NCBI GenBank assembly: GCA_032718475.1
Contig: JAUCBJ010004292.1
Location: forward strand, 1 to 64,000
DNA: 64,000 nucleotides
Source: Nemertoderma westbladi
Lineage: Eukaryota > Animalia > Xenacoelomorpha
Direction: 5' to 3'
Within the stretch, counting starts at the first letter, position 1; each line of letters starts with the position of its first letter. Under the pieces are notes generated by a model. That model saw only the letters and a program-made list of their open reading frames with translations. It did not search any database and was not told the origin of the DNA. Of the stretch, positions 62,935 to 64,000 are shown in pieces. The position numbers and the translations under genes are program-made.

Positions 62935-64000
62935 TTATCGGCCTTTCCCTTCCCTTCCCTTCTTTATTATCTTCTAGATCGGCCCTTCCCTTCCCTTTAC
63001 TTTGATTTATTCTCTTCTAGATCGGCCCTTACCTTCCCTTTACTTTGATTTATTATCTTCTAGATCGGCCCTTCCCTTTACTTTGATTTATTCTCTTCTA
63101 GATCGGCCCTTCCCTTTACTTTGATTTATTATCTTCTAGATCGGCCCTTCCCTTCCCTTTACTTTGATTTATTCTCTTCTAGATCGGCCCTTCCCTTTAC
63201 TTTGATTTATTATCTTCTAGATCGGCCCTTCCCTTCCCTTTACTTTGATTTATGCTCTTCTAGATCGGCCCTTCCCTTCCCTTTACTTTGATTTATTCTC
63301 TTCTAGATCGGCCCTTCCCTTCCCTTTACTTTGATTTATTATCTTCTAGATCGGCCCTTCCCTTTACTTTGATTTATTATCTTCTAGATCGGCCCTTCCC
63401 TTCCCTTTACTTTGATTTATTATCTTCTAGATCGGCCCTTCCCTTTACTTTGATTTATTCTCTTCTAGATCGGCCCTTCCCTTCCCTTTACTTTGATTTA
63501 TTATCTTCTAGATCGGCCCTTCCCTTTACTTTGATTTATTATCTTCTAGATCGGCCCTTCCCTTCCCTTTACTTTGATTTATTATCTTCTAGATCGGCCC
63601 TTCCCTTTACTTTGATTTATTATCTTCTAGATCGGCCCTTCCCTTCCCTTTACTTTGATTTATTATCTTCTAGATCGGCCCTTCCCTTTACTTTGATTTA
63701 TTCTCTTCTAGATCGGCCCTTCCCTTTACTTTGATTTATTCTCTTCTAGATCGGCCCTTCCCTTCCCTTTACTTTGATTTATTCTCTTCTAGATCGGCCC
63801 TTCCCTTCCCTTTACTTTGATTTATTCTCTTCTAGATCGGCCCTTCCCTTCCCTTTACTTTGATTTATTCTCTTCTAGATCGGCCCTTCCCTTTACTTTG
63901 ATTTATTCTCTTCTAGATCGGCCCTTCCTTTTACTTTGATTTATTATCTTCTAGATCGGCCCTTCCCTTTACTTTGATTTATTATCTTCTAGATCGGCCC
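62935..64000 (+). repeat. 38/43-bp pyrimidine-rich tandem array, probably an amplified 3' splice site of the next RGM exon
   Basis: Unit TTTACTTTGATTTATTATCTTCTAG|ATCGGCCCTTCCC(TTCCC); runs off the window end. Confidence 0.9.

Noticed and set aside
63288-63734. 148-aa repetitive ORF
   Set aside because: Derived from the 38/43-bp array.

Overview
Repeat-rich animal (probably marine invertebrate) genomic DNA; no prokaryotic genes or CRISPR. Positions 1-37.5 kb are a nest of retroelements. (i) A degenerate minus-strand BEL/Pao element (C) has its 5' LTR split by (ii) BEL/Pao element A (4123-17748, TSD GATAT), which itself carries a truncated RTE LINE in gag. (iii) A long, possibly full-length RTE LINE (~21150-37486) is split by BEL/Pao element B (23372-36149, TSD GGTGA). 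A and B are diverged members of one non-autonomous family: gag plus protease, no RT, RNase H or integrase, and an extra non-env 3' ORF. The top finding is that A and B have no tRNA primer-binding site. In each, the 11 nt right after the 5' LTR are the exact reverse complement of an 11-mer at a homologous position inside its own LTR, with four compensatory changes between A and B; C shows a weaker 9/10 match. This is the signature of Tf1-type self-primed reverse transcription, here in a BEL/Pao lineage. Positions 37.5-64 kb hold small DNA-transposon derivatives, LINE fragments, satellites and four coding exons of an RGM (repulsive guidance molecule) family gene. Two of its introns are built almost entirely from tandem amplifications of the gene's own splice junctions, including roughly 100 copies of one 5' splice site, nearly all carrying a TGACGTCA (CRE) palindrome. 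All alignments, counts and family assignments were made by eye.
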